A DNA stretch of 64,000 nt from a virus (lineage: Duplodnaviria; Heunggongvirae; Uroviricota; Caudoviricetes), in the IMG/VR virus record IMGVR_UViG_3300031920_000341, positions 1 to 64,000 of that record; one strand, 5' to 3'. Of the stretch, positions 47,508-57,515 are shown one piece after another. The translations under genes were made by a program, and so were the position numbers. The notes under the pieces were generated by a model. That model saw only the letters and a program-made list of their open reading frames with translations, did not search any database and was not told where the DNA came from. Positions within the stretch are counted from its first letter, which is position 1, and the number at the start of each line of letters is the position of its first letter.

Positions 47508-49517
47508 TTATTTTTTTTCTATTTCTATTAATGGTTTATAATCAAGAAATTGATTTAATTTAGAATTATTAGTTAATGATATAAGATTAAATCCTTTATT
47601 TTTTAATGATAAAAAATTTGCTTCAACTTTTTTAAATCTATCATTATACCAATTTGGGTTATTATCATGTGGATTCCTTGTATCATGTACATTTGACCAA
47701 AAATGATTTTTATTATCATCATAACTTAAACTTACAGCATAAATATAATACATAGTTTCAAATCTTTTATTACCAAAAATATATTTATCAAATATATCTA
47801 TAGCTGTTGAAGTTGAATCTGGGTATTTTGATCTATCGATTCTATTAAATAATTTAAGTTCACCACTTCGTATAAGTTTAGATGTTAATCTATGGTGTTT
47901 ATTATTAGAGGCATGTACTAACCAATCACTACATACTAAATTCATACTCTTTAAATCAGCATTGCTTTCAATTAATTCTAATAAAATATCAACATCATTA
48001 AAAAATAAGTAATCAGTTTTACAATGTAACCACGTACGATTAATACCAATAGTAATTATATTATCAGGTATTTTGTTAATATCAAGATTAGTTAAATTTT
48101 TATCATTACCTAAAATTAATATTTTCCTTCTAATTTTACTATCAATAATTTTATCTGCTTTAATATACCTTTTCATTTTTCTGATTTCATGTATATCAGT
48201 AAATTTATTAACATATGGTATAAATTCATTTATTAATGAATTATTAGTTATAGATACTATATCATAACCATTTTCAACCATATTTTTTACTGACATTACT
48301 ATACTGTAATATTCTGAATTAATTGTATCTTTATCAATTTCACGTATTGGTTTAAAATCTGTATTTTCCCATATTAATGAATTTGGTGTATATACAAAAT
48401 CCATTCCACCTAAATAAAATTTACAGTCATAATCTAAAAATATAATATTTGTAAAGATTTCTATTATAGAAGATACATTATTTGATTCATATTGTGTTTT
48501 ATCATTATTATATATTGTTAAATTTTTTTGTCTAAGTAAATCTTTTACGACATTAAATCTTTTACTACTTTTTGCTGAAGTTAATAGTTTATTTGATGCG
48601 ATTAAACGATATTCTTTTATTGTATTATGTTTATATTTTGATATTTCTATTAATTGATTTATATCATCAACATAATAATAATCTGGTTTATTTATTAGCC
48701 ATGATCTATTTAACCCAACTACTATAATATCTCTTGGTAATTTATTAATATTAATATTACGCATACTTTTACTATCACTAAGTAATAAAATATTCATAGG
48801 TGGTTTTACTATTTTATCTTCTAATATATGTTCTGTTAATTCATTAGTGTCTATGTTATAATTATTTACAATACTATTTTCTAAGAAATTATTAAGTTGA
48901 GATTCTAAATCTATATCAAGTACATCATTTTCTAAATCAAAAAATATTGTATCTTTATTATAAAGGTTTAATGTTAATTTTTCAATTTCACTCACTTTTG
49001 CAATAGCAATATAGTGTGACATTTCAAATACATCAGGATGGTCTTGTCTTCTATAATAATCAGTATTTGTTAATGGTGTACCATGTATTCCATCTATTGA
49101 TTTATAAAAACATAAAAATGGTGAAGATTTTGGTTCCTTTTTACATAATAATGATTTAGCTTTTTCTTTTAATATCATAGTATATGCAGATTCAACATGT
49201 TCCCATTTTCTTTCAGGATATGTTAAATATAATGTTAATATAAAATCTGATGATTTTAATGTTAATTCATTTATGAAATGAGATAATACTTCTTTTGTAG
49301 ATGCAGTATCAGAAGCAATTTTATCTGGTCTAATAATATAATTAACATGATTTTCTTTACAATAGTTAATTATTTCTTCATCATCAGTACTAACATAAGT
49401 ATTTTCTTTAAGTTTTTCTGGAATTATGCTTAAAGTATATGGCAATAATTTCCTGTTTTTGAATGGTGCACCTTTTGATCCACGTCTTGCTGGTATTAAA
49501 ATGTATAAGTTATTCAT
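47508..49517 (-). CDS. neuA: CMP-nonulosonate synthetase (NeuA) fused to two Maf/DUF115-like transferase domains
   Basis: IPARRGSKG.P.KN, VSTDD, YRRQD, DID; then twice G.NR.W....DY....D, ending in GMDF / AVSL. Confidence 0.85.
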   Translation of the reverse strand: MNNLYILIPARRGSKGAPFKNRKLLPYTLSIIPEKLKENTYVSTDDEEIINYCKENHVNYIIRPDKIASDTASTKEVLSHFINELTLKSSDFILTLYLTYPERKWEHVESAYTMILKEKAKSLLCKKEPKSSPFLCFYKSIDGIHGTPLTNTDYYRRQDHPDVFEMSHYIAIAKVSEIEKLTLNLYNKDTIFFDLENDVLDIDLESQLNNFLENSIVNNYNIDTNELTEHILEDKIVKPPMNILLLSDSKSMRNININKLPRDIIVVGLNRSWLINKPDYYYVDDINQLIEISKYKHNTIKEYRLIASNKLLTSAKSSKRFNVVKDLLRQKNLTIYNNDKTQYESNNVSSIIEIFTNIIFLDYDCKFYLGGMDFVYTPNSLIWENTDFKPIREIDKDTINSEYYSIVMSVKNMVENGYDIVSITNNSLINEFIPYVNKFTDIHEIRKMKRYIKADKIIDSKIRRKILILGNDKNLTNLDINKIPDNIITIGINRTWLHCKTDYLFFNDVDILLELIESNADLKSMNLVCSDWLVHASNNKHHRLTSKLIRSGELKLFNRIDRSKYPDSTSTAIDIFDKYIFGNKRFETMYYIYAVSLSYDDNKNHFWSNVHDTRNPHDNNPNWYNDRFKKVEANFLSLKNKGFNLISLTNNSKLNQFLDYKPLIEIEKK

Positions 49518-50127
49518 TGAATAATTCTAATTTTCCCTTAGGTACACCAGTTATAAGACTATGTTCACTTAAATTAGAAAGATGTGTACCATTTTTTTTT
49601 AACTGTTCATATAAGTATTTATAATCTTTACTTATTCTTTCAACATAACCACGTTCAACTAAATTATGTTTTCCATCATTGGCATAAAAATGATTATCGG
49701 TAAAATCAACACCAAGCATACTAATATGCTTAGCTCCCATTTTATATGCTAATATAATTGCAATAAATGGTGAGTTATTACTGTAATCTAATACCATTGC
49801 ATCATCTTTTAATGTTGCTAAATGTTTTGTGCCAAGTTCAAATAAAACTTGTTTCTTCATATCATGTAATTTCCAACCCTTTATTTGGGTAAATACATAT
49901 TTAGCATTACTATTATATACCGATTTATATCTAATACCTTGAAATTTAGCTGGGTGGTCAACAACTAATAAATATGTCGGATCGATAAAACGACCTATAT
50001 CATTAACACCAATAGTTATTAGTTGTTTATAATTTGGTATTTTTACAATATCTTTAACAGAAGTTCCACATCCTAATACAAGGATTTTTTCATCTTTATG
50101 AATATCCTTGAATTCTGATATATTCAT
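49510..50127 (-). CDS. Maf/DUF115-like (sialyltransferase-fold) protein
   Basis: [25 protein letters not shown]...VD, NS...AI.LAY.MGAK.I..LGVDF...HFY. Confidence 0.75.
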   Translation of the reverse strand: MNISEFKDIHKDEKILVLGCGTSVKDIVKIPNYKQLITIGVNDIGRFIDPTYLLVVDHPAKFQGIRYKSVYNSNAKYVFTQIKGWKLHDMKKQVLFELGTKHLATLKDDAMVLDYSNNSPFIAIILAYKMGAKHISMLGVDFTDNHFYANDGKHNLVERGYVERISKDYKYLYEQLKKNGTHLSNLSEHSLITGVPKGKLELFNE

Positions 50128-50207
50128 ATGGTATAAAACATTTATATTATTATATAGAAAAAAATTCAAAAGATTTAAACTTTATTATATTTTTTTATAT
50201 AATAGGC

Positions 50208-51164
50208 ATGGTAAAAGATTATTACAAAATATTAGAAGTAAAAAAAGATACATCTCAAAAGGATATTAAGTCAGCTTACAGAACATTGGCTAAGAAATAT
50301 CATCCAGATAAAAATCCAGATAATAAAGAATCGGAAGCTAAATTTAAAGAGATTGTGGAAGCATATGAAGTACTGAGCGATAAAACTAAACGTGCCGAAT
50401 ATGATAGACCAAAAAATTATAATGGTTTTGGTAATGGATTCACTGGAGCATATGGTAGACCATTTAATAATGGCCGTGGATATAGTGGAGCAGAATTTGC
50501 TAAAATGGTTAGGATTAGACAAGTAAAGGAACAATTAACATTAGGATTTTTATCAAGAGTTGAATTAAAAAACATAATGCTTGGTGAAACTATTAATATT
50601 AATTACAAGAGAGAAACAGTATGTTTAGAATGTAGACATATGGTAAATAAAAATAATTGTAAAGTTTGTAATGGTAGTGGAATTATAGTTGAAAATACAA
50701 ATGCTACATTTGAAATAAACATTTCAAAAAATAGATATACAGTAGAAATTATTAATGGTATATCTACACTTCGTTTAGAATTATCTGAACGTGGACATCA
50801 AGCATTGGTTGAAGATACAATAGTAACCGGAAATTTAATTATACGAGTTGAAATAATAACTAATAAAAATGTTGAATTAAATTTCTTTAATGGTAATATT
50901 ATACATTTAGTAGATATCAACCTGGTAGATTTATTAGACTCCCATATAAAATTAAAGACTATACATGATAAAGAAATCAAAATGTCTTTAGAAAATAAAC
51001 AAATTGCAAGTAATGGGAAATTACGTATACCAAATTATGGATTACCTAACGCTCAAGCCTTTGGTGATTATTTTTTCAAGTTAAATATCAAATTACCTGA
51101 CTTTAGTAAGCTATCAAAAACTAATAGACGTAGGTTAATAAACATTTTAAATAAACTAGAATAA
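50208..51164 (+). CDS. dnaJ: DnaJ co-chaperone with reduced zinc finger
   Basis: KDYY.IL, YHPDKNP J-domain, G/F tract, only CLEC and CKVCNGSG, C-terminal domain. Confidence 0.92.
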   Translation: MVKDYYKILEVKKDTSQKDIKSAYRTLAKKYHPDKNPDNKESEAKFKEIVEAYEVLSDKTKRAEYDRPKNYNGFGNGFTGAYGRPFNNGRGYSGAEFAKMVRIRQVKEQLTLGFLSRVELKNIMLGETININYKRETVCLECRHMVNKNNCKVCNGSGIIVENTNATFEINISKNRYTVEIINGISTLRLELSERGHQALVEDTIVTGNLIIRVEIITNKNVELNFFNGNIIHLVDINLVDLLDSHIKLKTIHDKEIKMSLENKQIASNGKLRIPNYGLPNAQAFGDYFFKLNIKLPDFSKLSKTNRRRLINILNKLE

Positions 51165-51188
51165 TCATTTTTTAAAGTATATTTTCAT

Positions 51189-51222
51189 AAGCGTTGGTTT
51201 TAATTAATCAGCGCTTTTTTTA
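51189..51222 (+). terminator. intrinsic terminator
   Basis: AAGCGTTGGTT/AATCAGCGCTT stem plus T-run. Confidence 0.7.
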
Positions 51223-51284
51223 TAATGTAACTAACATATGTATTTTATTTAATTTAATGTTACTTTTTTTGTTTAAGTTTCAGT

Positions 51285-51292
51285 TATAAATA
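51285..51292 (+). promoter_or_regulatory. T4-type late promoter TATAAATA for the head operon
   Basis: Exact consensus 21 nt upstream of the protease ATG. Confidence 0.7.
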
Positions 51293-51312
51293 ATAAAAAA
51301 CTTGCAAGTTAT

Positions 51313-53433
51313 ATGAATACTAACTTTAATACCGGCGATTATGTTCTATTGTTAGAACGACATAACATGACACGTAGTTCAAATGACGATTATGTATTTG
51401 AGGGTATTTGTGCCAAATTTGGCATAGCTAACGAAAATATGAGAGAATATTCTAAATCTGATTATTTGCCTCACCTAGAATACTTAAATCAAAAAATAGC
51501 AAAAAGGTCTTTACTTGGAGAACTTGACCATCCTAAAGATTATGAAGTATCTTTACAAAATGCATCACATATTGTAGAGAAACTATGGTACGAAGAATCT
51601 GACGATAGTGTTAGAATTCGTATCCGCTTATTAAATGGTACACCTAATGGTGACTTAGCTAAATCACTTGTTGATATGGGCGTTCCCTTATCTATCTCAT
51701 CTCGTGCTGTTGGTCAAATCAAAGAAAGCAAGCAAGTTAAATTACACAGAATATTTACATATGATTTAGTTGCTGAACCTGGATTTTCTGAAGCTGTTCT
51801 TGATAGAAAATTAAATGAAAGTTTTAGCCCTATGGTTGGAATTAACGAACAATTTGATGAAATGAAAAAAGATTCATTATTTACATCACATATAAATGAT
51901 GTTAATAACCAACAAAATTTTGCCGATGGTATTAAAATATATAAAATAAACGATTCAGATGAGATTTTATCTAAATTTAAACTTAATGAATCCTCTGAAA
52001 ATAATAACGAAACAATGGATAATAACTATGTTAAGAGTGACGATTTTAATGATTTCAGCTTAGTGACTAAGACTGAAATATCGAGTATTAAAAATACACT
52101 CGGTACTATAAATGAAAATCTTAAAACTGTAATTGATGCAACAAAACCTAAAAAGACTAATGAGGCTATTGAAGATATTCAAGCCATGCAAGCACAAGAG
52201 GTAGCACAAGATACAGAAGCACAAGATGCTCAAACGCAAATACAGGATGTAGATGCTCAAACTCAAGGAACACAAGAAGCTGAAACAACAGAACTTGAAA
52301 ATGTAAGTGCAGATGATGATGATAAAACAGTAATTAGCAAACTTGCAGCTTATGTACAATACTTATCAGATCAAGTTAAAGTTGTAATGGATCACAGTGA
52401 TATTGTTACTGAGAATCTTAATAAGGTAATCAATTATTCACAGAATATTGGTTTTGCGGTTAACGAACATGTTAATCATACTAACGGTGGATTTAAAACT
52501 GTTAATGATGCAATCAATTACATGCAATTTGTTGGACAGGTAGTTAATAGAGTTGATGAAAGTCAAGAGAAGATAATTAAATATGCTAATGAGCATACTA
52601 AAGTAATTAATGAAATGATTTTATTTAGTGATTACAATAGCGGTTTAGTTGGTAACATTGTTGAACATACAAACTATTTAGCAAACGTTCTACGTGGTAG
52701 TTCACTTGCTGACGGTAAAGGAACATCTGCAATCGAGAGAAATCTTGGTGCAAACATTGAATCAATCAGTGAAAGTATAGTTACTGATACAGGAATGGTA
52801 AAAACCGATACAAGTAATGTAGTAAATGAAACTAAAGGTGAATTGATTACTGAAAAGGTCGATGCTTTACTTAGTTCAATTGAAAAGGACAGAGTATCAA
52901 ATGTACTTGAAGCAAGACATCCGTTCCTTAAACTGTTAACTGAAGATGATAAAGGTAAATTCTATAAATTAGGCAATGATATGAAAACTAAAGTTGTTGC
53001 TACAATGGAAGCTTCTGTATATTTCAATAGAGAAGATGTTGTTAATCTTATGAATTCAATAATTCTTGAAGAAAATGCATCATTACCAAATCACTTAAAA
53101 TTCATACCGGAAAAATTTAAACCAATTTATTCTGAAATGAATGAATCACAAAAAGTACAGCTCGATAGAGCAGCTAAAAGCGGTATCTATAAACTTAATT
53201 CTGCCTACCAGGTTAAGTTTTTCTGGGAAAGCCAAGATTTTTCTGGCATAAAGGCTCAGATACATAATGATAGGTTAGTTGAACAAAAAGCTAACAATGC
53301 ACAAAAGAATTTAAATGAAGACCAAAGTAAAGAAGGTTTCATAAAAATCTCTGATTTAAACGAAGCAAAAAGAGGATATTCTTCTGATTACTTAGATTCA
53401 ATCAGAAACACTGGTAGAAAAATAACAAATTAA
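51313..53433 (+). CDS. prohead protease (gp21-like) fused to scaffold/core domain
   Basis: N.N.R.Y, LGELDHP, SH, TPNG..AK.L, ISSRA.G, TYDLVAEPGF..A; helical C-region with many [LIV]NE sites. Confidence 0.92.
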   Translation: MNTNFNTGDYVLLLERHNMTRSSNDDYVFEGICAKFGIANENMREYSKSDYLPHLEYLNQKIAKRSLLGELDHPKDYEVSLQNASHIVEKLWYEESDDSVRIRIRLLNGTPNGDLAKSLVDMGVPLSISSRAVGQIKESKQVKLHRIFTYDLVAEPGFSEAVLDRKLNESFSPMVGINEQFDEMKKDSLFTSHINDVNNQQNFADGIKIYKINDSDEILSKFKLNESSENNNETMDNNYVKSDDFNDFSLVTKTEISSIKNTLGTINENLKTVIDATKPKKTNEAIEDIQAMQAQEVAQDTEAQDAQTQIQDVDAQTQGTQEAETTELENVSADDDDKTVISKLAAYVQYLSDQVKVVMDHSDIVTENLNKVINYSQNIGFAVNEHVNHTNGGFKTVNDAINYMQFVGQVVNRVDESQEKIIKYANEHTKVINEMILFSDYNSGLVGNIVEHTNYLANVLRGSSLADGKGTSAIERNLGANIESISESIVTDTGMVKTDTSNVVNETKGELITEKVDALLSSIEKDRVSNVLEARHPFLKLLTEDDKGKFYKLGNDMKTKVVATMEASVYFNREDVVNLMNSIILEENASLPNHLKFIPEKFKPIYSEMNESQKVQLDRAAKSGIYKLNSAYQVKFFWESQDFSGIKAQIHNDRLVEQKANNAQKNLNEDQSKEGFIKISDLNEAKRGYSSDYLDSIRNTGRKITN

Positions 53434-53435
53434 AA

Positions 53436-55166
53436 ATGAACACTAAATTAATTAAACGTAGTCATGACCGTGCGATTTTAGAAACTTGGACTCCGATACT
53501 TAAGGATTATGGTATTGTAGCTAGTGGAGATAACGCATATCAGAAAGTACGTAGTCAAGAGCGTATCGAAATGATTGCCGAGTATGCACATAACCATGCA
53601 GCCTGGGACAATTATGGCGACGATTTTGGTAGTAAAATGTTGAATGAAGCAGTAACACCTGGTTTATTCTTCCAACAACCTGGTTCAATCTCAGCAATGG
53701 GTAATCCTATTGCTCCAACCCCATCTCAAATACCTTTCCCTAGTGGTGATAAAGGTGCGAGTGGTGACTCTGGATCTGGTGACAAATTCCCAAGTCTATT
53801 ACCTATAGCAATCCAGGTAGCAGCTAAAACTATTGGATTTGACCTTGTGTCTGTAATTCCAATGGATACACCTGTAGGATTTATTCCTTACCTAGATTAC
53901 GTATATATGGGCGGTAACCTTGATACTGAATTTCCACCATTCCTAATCAAACTTAGTCTATTTGACACAACAGCTGAATCCGATGCATCTCCTGCTGAGA
54001 TACTTGGTGATGTTGCTGTTGGTACAACATTTATGGTAATGGGTGGATCACCTAGTACTGAAATGATTGAATTAAAACTTGTTGGTTTTAGTCGTGTAGA
54101 TGCATCTGCAGTATTCCGCGTTATTGATTTAACCGCTGCTACTGTAGAAGCTGCTTTCGCTGCTGGTTATATTTTAACTAATACATCTTCAAGCAAAGAG
54201 TACACTTTAACTACAAGTAATAATACTGTTGATCTTGTATCAGCTCTTGAGAATCAAATTTCTGGTTTCACAAGTACTGATGATACAATGACAGACGACT
54301 GGTCTGGTCCTTTCCTACCGGAAATGACTTCAGGTAGTATGGCATTCCCAGGTTCAATGAAAAGAGAACAAGCTGAGAAAGCTAAATTCCGTCAAATGGG
54401 TGTTAAAATGTTCACAAAATTTGTAGAGGCTGAAGGTGACCAAGTTGCTTTAAGTGCTACAGTTGAACAAATCCAAGATTTCAACCGTGTTTGGAACTTT
54501 GATGTTATCTCAATGTTAGAGAACATTGGTGTTAATGACATTGCTCAAAACATCAACAAGCGTATTGTTTCACGTCAAATGGAACTTGGCTATATTCACG
54601 ATCAAGAAATTGCAAAAGCAGAAGGTGCTGGTTTAACTACACTTAGCTTAGCAGCAGGTGGTGGATTTGAGAATACTTCAACTTTACAGCGTAGAGTTGC
54701 AACGAAGATTCTTGAAATGGCAAACCTTGTTTATCACAGAAGTCGTTGGGGTGGTGGTGAATATGTTGTAACAAACGGTCGCGTTGCTTCTGCAATCGCT
54801 GATATCGCAGGTTACTCAATCGCAACTGCACCTATCAATACTCCTTCTGCAGCTGGTCAGCTAACTCCTGCCGGTTCAGTTTGGGGACTTCAAATCTATG
54901 TTGATCCTAACTTAAAGTGGGGAGATAACAAAGTACTAATTGGACGTAAAGGAAAAGATGAAGAGCCTGGTCTCAAATTCTTACCTTATATCATGGCTGA
55001 AAGCCTACAGACAATCTCTGAAGGAACTTTCTCACCTAAGATTGGTATAAAAAGCAGGTATGCAATTACTGAAGCTGGATGGCATCCAGAAACTCAGTAT
55101 ATCCTGTTAGAAGTTGATGGCATCAATAAGATTGTTGCTGGAGCTCCTGCAGTACCTGAAGCATAA
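53436..55166 (+). CDS. major capsid protein (T4 gp23-like)
   Basis: W.PIL, LNE cleavage site, A..IGFDLV.V.PM..P.G, T.EQIQD, YVDP, G.KFLPY, PK....SRYA. Confidence 0.93.
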   Translation: MNTKLIKRSHDRAILETWTPILKDYGIVASGDNAYQKVRSQERIEMIAEYAHNHAAWDNYGDDFGSKMLNEAVTPGLFFQQPGSISAMGNPIAPTPSQIPFPSGDKGASGDSGSGDKFPSLLPIAIQVAAKTIGFDLVSVIPMDTPVGFIPYLDYVYMGGNLDTEFPPFLIKLSLFDTTAESDASPAEILGDVAVGTTFMVMGGSPSTEMIELKLVGFSRVDASAVFRVIDLTAATVEAAFAAGYILTNTSSSKEYTLTTSNNTVDLVSALENQISGFTSTDDTMTDDWSGPFLPEMTSGSMAFPGSMKREQAEKAKFRQMGVKMFTKFVEAEGDQVALSATVEQIQDFNRVWNFDVISMLENIGVNDIAQNINKRIVSRQMELGYIHDQEIAKAEGAGLTTLSLAAGGGFENTSTLQRRVATKILEMANLVYHRSRWGGGEYVVTNGRVASAIADIAGYSIATAPINTPSAAGQLTPAGSVWGLQIYVDPNLKWGDNKVLIGRKGKDEEPGLKFLPYIMAESLQTISEGTFSPKIGIKSRYAITEAGWHPETQYILLEVDGINKIVAGAPAVPEA

Positions 55167-55187
55167 GCTAATGGATACTGATAATAT

Positions 55188-55222
55188 AAAAGGGAAGATA
55201 TTAGTTATCTTCCCTTTTTTTA
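55188..55222 (+). terminator. intrinsic terminator after MCP
   Basis: AAAAGGGAAGATA/TATCTTCCCTTTT stem plus T-run. Confidence 0.85.
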
Positions 55223-55295
55223 TTATAAATCGTAGATAAATAAATAAAACAAATAGTACTATAATGTACTGATAATAAAAAAAATATTCATTACT

Positions 55296-55748
55296 ATGAG
55301 TGATTCAATTGTAAAGAAAGAAAAATCAGGTCTTTTCTCAATGTCAAGTCCAAGTAAAGTTGTTGATTTTAATACTTTTAGAAAAGCACCAGAACAATTT
55401 ATAACAGGTAAAAGTTTAAAAAGCGGTGAAAGTGTTAAAAAAGTAGCTGGAGATAAAGATTATAAAAAACTTATTAAAAGCGAACTTATGATGGAAGCGT
55501 TAAAAGAAGCCGGCGTAAGCGAAGAGCAAACAGCTAAGGTTGTTTCAATTCTTGAGAAAAAAACTCGTCCAGTTGGTTTAAAACAACGTTTAGATGAGAA
55601 GAAAGAAAAAGATGAGAAAGAAGCTAAATTGAAGAAAGACAAAGAAGCTAAATTGAAGAAAGACAAGAAGGAAAAAGAAGAAAAAGAAGCTAAACTGAAG
55701 AAAGACAAAGAAGCTAAACTGAAGAAAGCTAAAGAGGCTAAAAAATAA
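55296..55748 (+). CDS. basic late protein with KEAKLKKD repeats (possible DNA-condensing core protein)
   Basis: 24-nt repeats ~55617-55730; KVVDFNTF tag; GATAAATA upstream. Confidence 0.65.
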   Translation: MSDSIVKKEKSGLFSMSSPSKVVDFNTFRKAPEQFITGKSLKSGESVKKVAGDKDYKKLIKSELMMEALKEAGVSEEQTAKVVSILEKKTRPVGLKQRLDEKKEKDEKEAKLKKDKEAKLKKDKKEKEEKEAKLKKDKEAKLKKAKEAKK

Positions 55749-55756
55749 GATACATT

Positions 55757-56350
55757 ATGCCTAAGGCTAAATTTATTACATTAGATGAATACTTGAATAG
55801 TAGTACTGAACCTATTGTTGGTAAAAAACCGATAGATCCAGTGCTGCTAAATGAGATTCTTATGGAATCTATTTCAAGTGAAGATTTTGCTAAGGCGCTC
55901 GATAGGTTAGTATCTTTAAATTTTTCCACTGGTGCTGTTCAACAGGTTAATGAAGACAGAGGCCGTTTGAAGCGTTTGGTTGGCAAAGAACCTGATACTT
56001 ATTTAGACAGTGCCGATACCAAAAAGATTGGTTTAATGATAGCCAATATGGATGGTACAAATAGACGTGACTATATGGGTATAATTAATTTCCTTGGTGC
56101 ATCTTGTAGAATTCATCATGAATTAAAAGAAGCATACATCGAAGAAGTTAGATCACAGCGTCAAGATAATAGACAACCTCAATTATCAGATGAAGATTTA
56201 GCTGCAATTTCAAAAGCGGAAGCTGCTGGACGTGCACAAGATGATAAACGAGATCAAGAACGTCTTCAAAAAGAAAAACAACGTGAGTTGCAATCTAAAG
56301 GTGTTGGTGATTCAAATGCTCAAGAAGAAACACAATATGGAAGATCGTAA
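55757..56350 (+). CDS. hypothetical late protein
   Basis: KFITLDEYLN, LLNE, VNE motifs. Confidence 0.6.
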   Translation: MPKAKFITLDEYLNSSTEPIVGKKPIDPVLLNEILMESISSEDFAKALDRLVSLNFSTGAVQQVNEDRGRLKRLVGKEPDTYLDSADTKKIGLMIANMDGTNRRDYMGIINFLGASCRIHHELKEAYIEEVRSQRQDNRQPQLSDEDLAAISKAEAAGRAQDDKRDQERLQKEKQRELQSKGVGDSNAQEETQYGRS

Positions 56351-56364
56351 AAAGTTAAAGTAGA

Positions 56365-56913
56365 ATGAGTGAAACAATGATTACGTTTGAAATGATATTT
56401 AATCATAATATAACATTTGATACAAATGGTGAAGATGTTGTATATAATAAAGAAGAACAAGATATTGTTTTGCGCGAATTTAGTATATTTCCAAGTCTTG
56501 ATATTAAAAAGATGGAAGTTATCGCTAAATATAATGGAGATGCTACTGAGGCAATAAAGGCTGCTGTTAAGAAAGTTAGAACACCACCAGGTGGTCCAGT
56601 TAGAAAGAATGCAGCAAAACCTGTACAAGTAGTTGGTGAGAAAACTAGTGAAGAGCCAAATATAAATAATAAAAAGCGTTCTTTTAATATAATAACAAAT
56701 AGACTGAAAGTATCAAAACAATTTCCTATTACATCAAATTCGAGTTTTTTTGAATTTGAATTTAATCCGAAAGAAATTACTAAGTTTATTAATTATGTTG
56801 AAAGTAAAAAGATAAAAATATTTATTGATGGTGAAGAAATAAAACCTAAAAGTGAGATTGATTTTTTAAAAGAAGTTATTCCTACGGTTCAGGCTAAAAT
56901 TTACCTTAAATAA
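56365..56913 (+). CDS. hypothetical late protein
   Basis: 182-aa ORF in head/tail operon. Confidence 0.6.
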   Translation: MSETMITFEMIFNHNITFDTNGEDVVYNKEEQDIVLREFSIFPSLDIKKMEVIAKYNGDATEAIKAAVKKVRTPPGGPVRKNAAKPVQVVGEKTSEEPNINNKKRSFNIITNRLKVSKQFPITSNSSFFEFEFNPKEITKFINYVESKKIKIFIDGEEIKPKSEIDFLKEVIPTVQAKIYLK

Positions 56914-56931
56914 CAAAATAATTAATTAAAC

Positions 56932-57501
56932 ATGGCAAAAGTTACAAGTGGTCTTCCACATTACGATAACAGCACAGCAGCAAGAGATAATTTAGAACCT
57001 TTATTTCTTAATCAGTTTGAAGTTATAATTACACCACCTCAGATTATATCTGGTGGTAATATTTTAACTGAACACGTTAAGAAAGTAACAGGTCTTCCTG
57101 AAATCACTCCTACTGGATTTGTTGAACAATTCTATAAATTCGCGAAACGTACATATGCTGATGCACGTCCTGAGGATACTACTGCAGAATTAACAATTGA
57201 TTTTGAAATAAACCTTAGTGAAACTAATTCAATGTATATTTATAATACATTAAGATCATGGGCAGATTTACAATATAATCCCATGACTGGTGGACAGGGT
57301 CTTAAACGTGATTATGCTGGAGCACTTTCAGTATTAATACACAATAAGGCATTGGACCTTTATCGTGAATTTAGATTTACTCCAGTATATCTTATTGATG
57401 GATTTAATGCAATGGAATTAGATTATGTTTCAAATGAAATTTATATAATGACTGTTAAATTCAAAGCTGATTCTTGGAAAGAAATGAGAAAAGAAGGTTA
57501 A
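56932..57501 (+). CDS. tail tube protein (T4 gp19-like)
   Basis: EP...NQFEV, V..V.GLP, Y..LR.W....YNP.TG..GLK.DY, LDY......V.F..D.W. Confidence 0.8.
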   Translation: MAKVTSGLPHYDNSTAARDNLEPLFLNQFEVIITPPQIISGGNILTEHVKKVTGLPEITPTGFVEQFYKFAKRTYADARPEDTTAELTIDFEINLSETNSMYIYNTLRSWADLQYNPMTGGQGLKRDYAGALSVLIHNKALDLYREFRFTPVYLIDGFNAMELDYVSNEIYIMTVKFKADSWKEMRKEG

Positions 57502-57515
57502 AAACATATTGAATT

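Noticed and set aside
36485-50127. Contaminating bacterial O-antigen/capsule locus
   Set aside because: No wzx/wzy/initiating transferase; carries phage-type promoter boxes and is interleaved with phage genes, though a read-level check is still advisable
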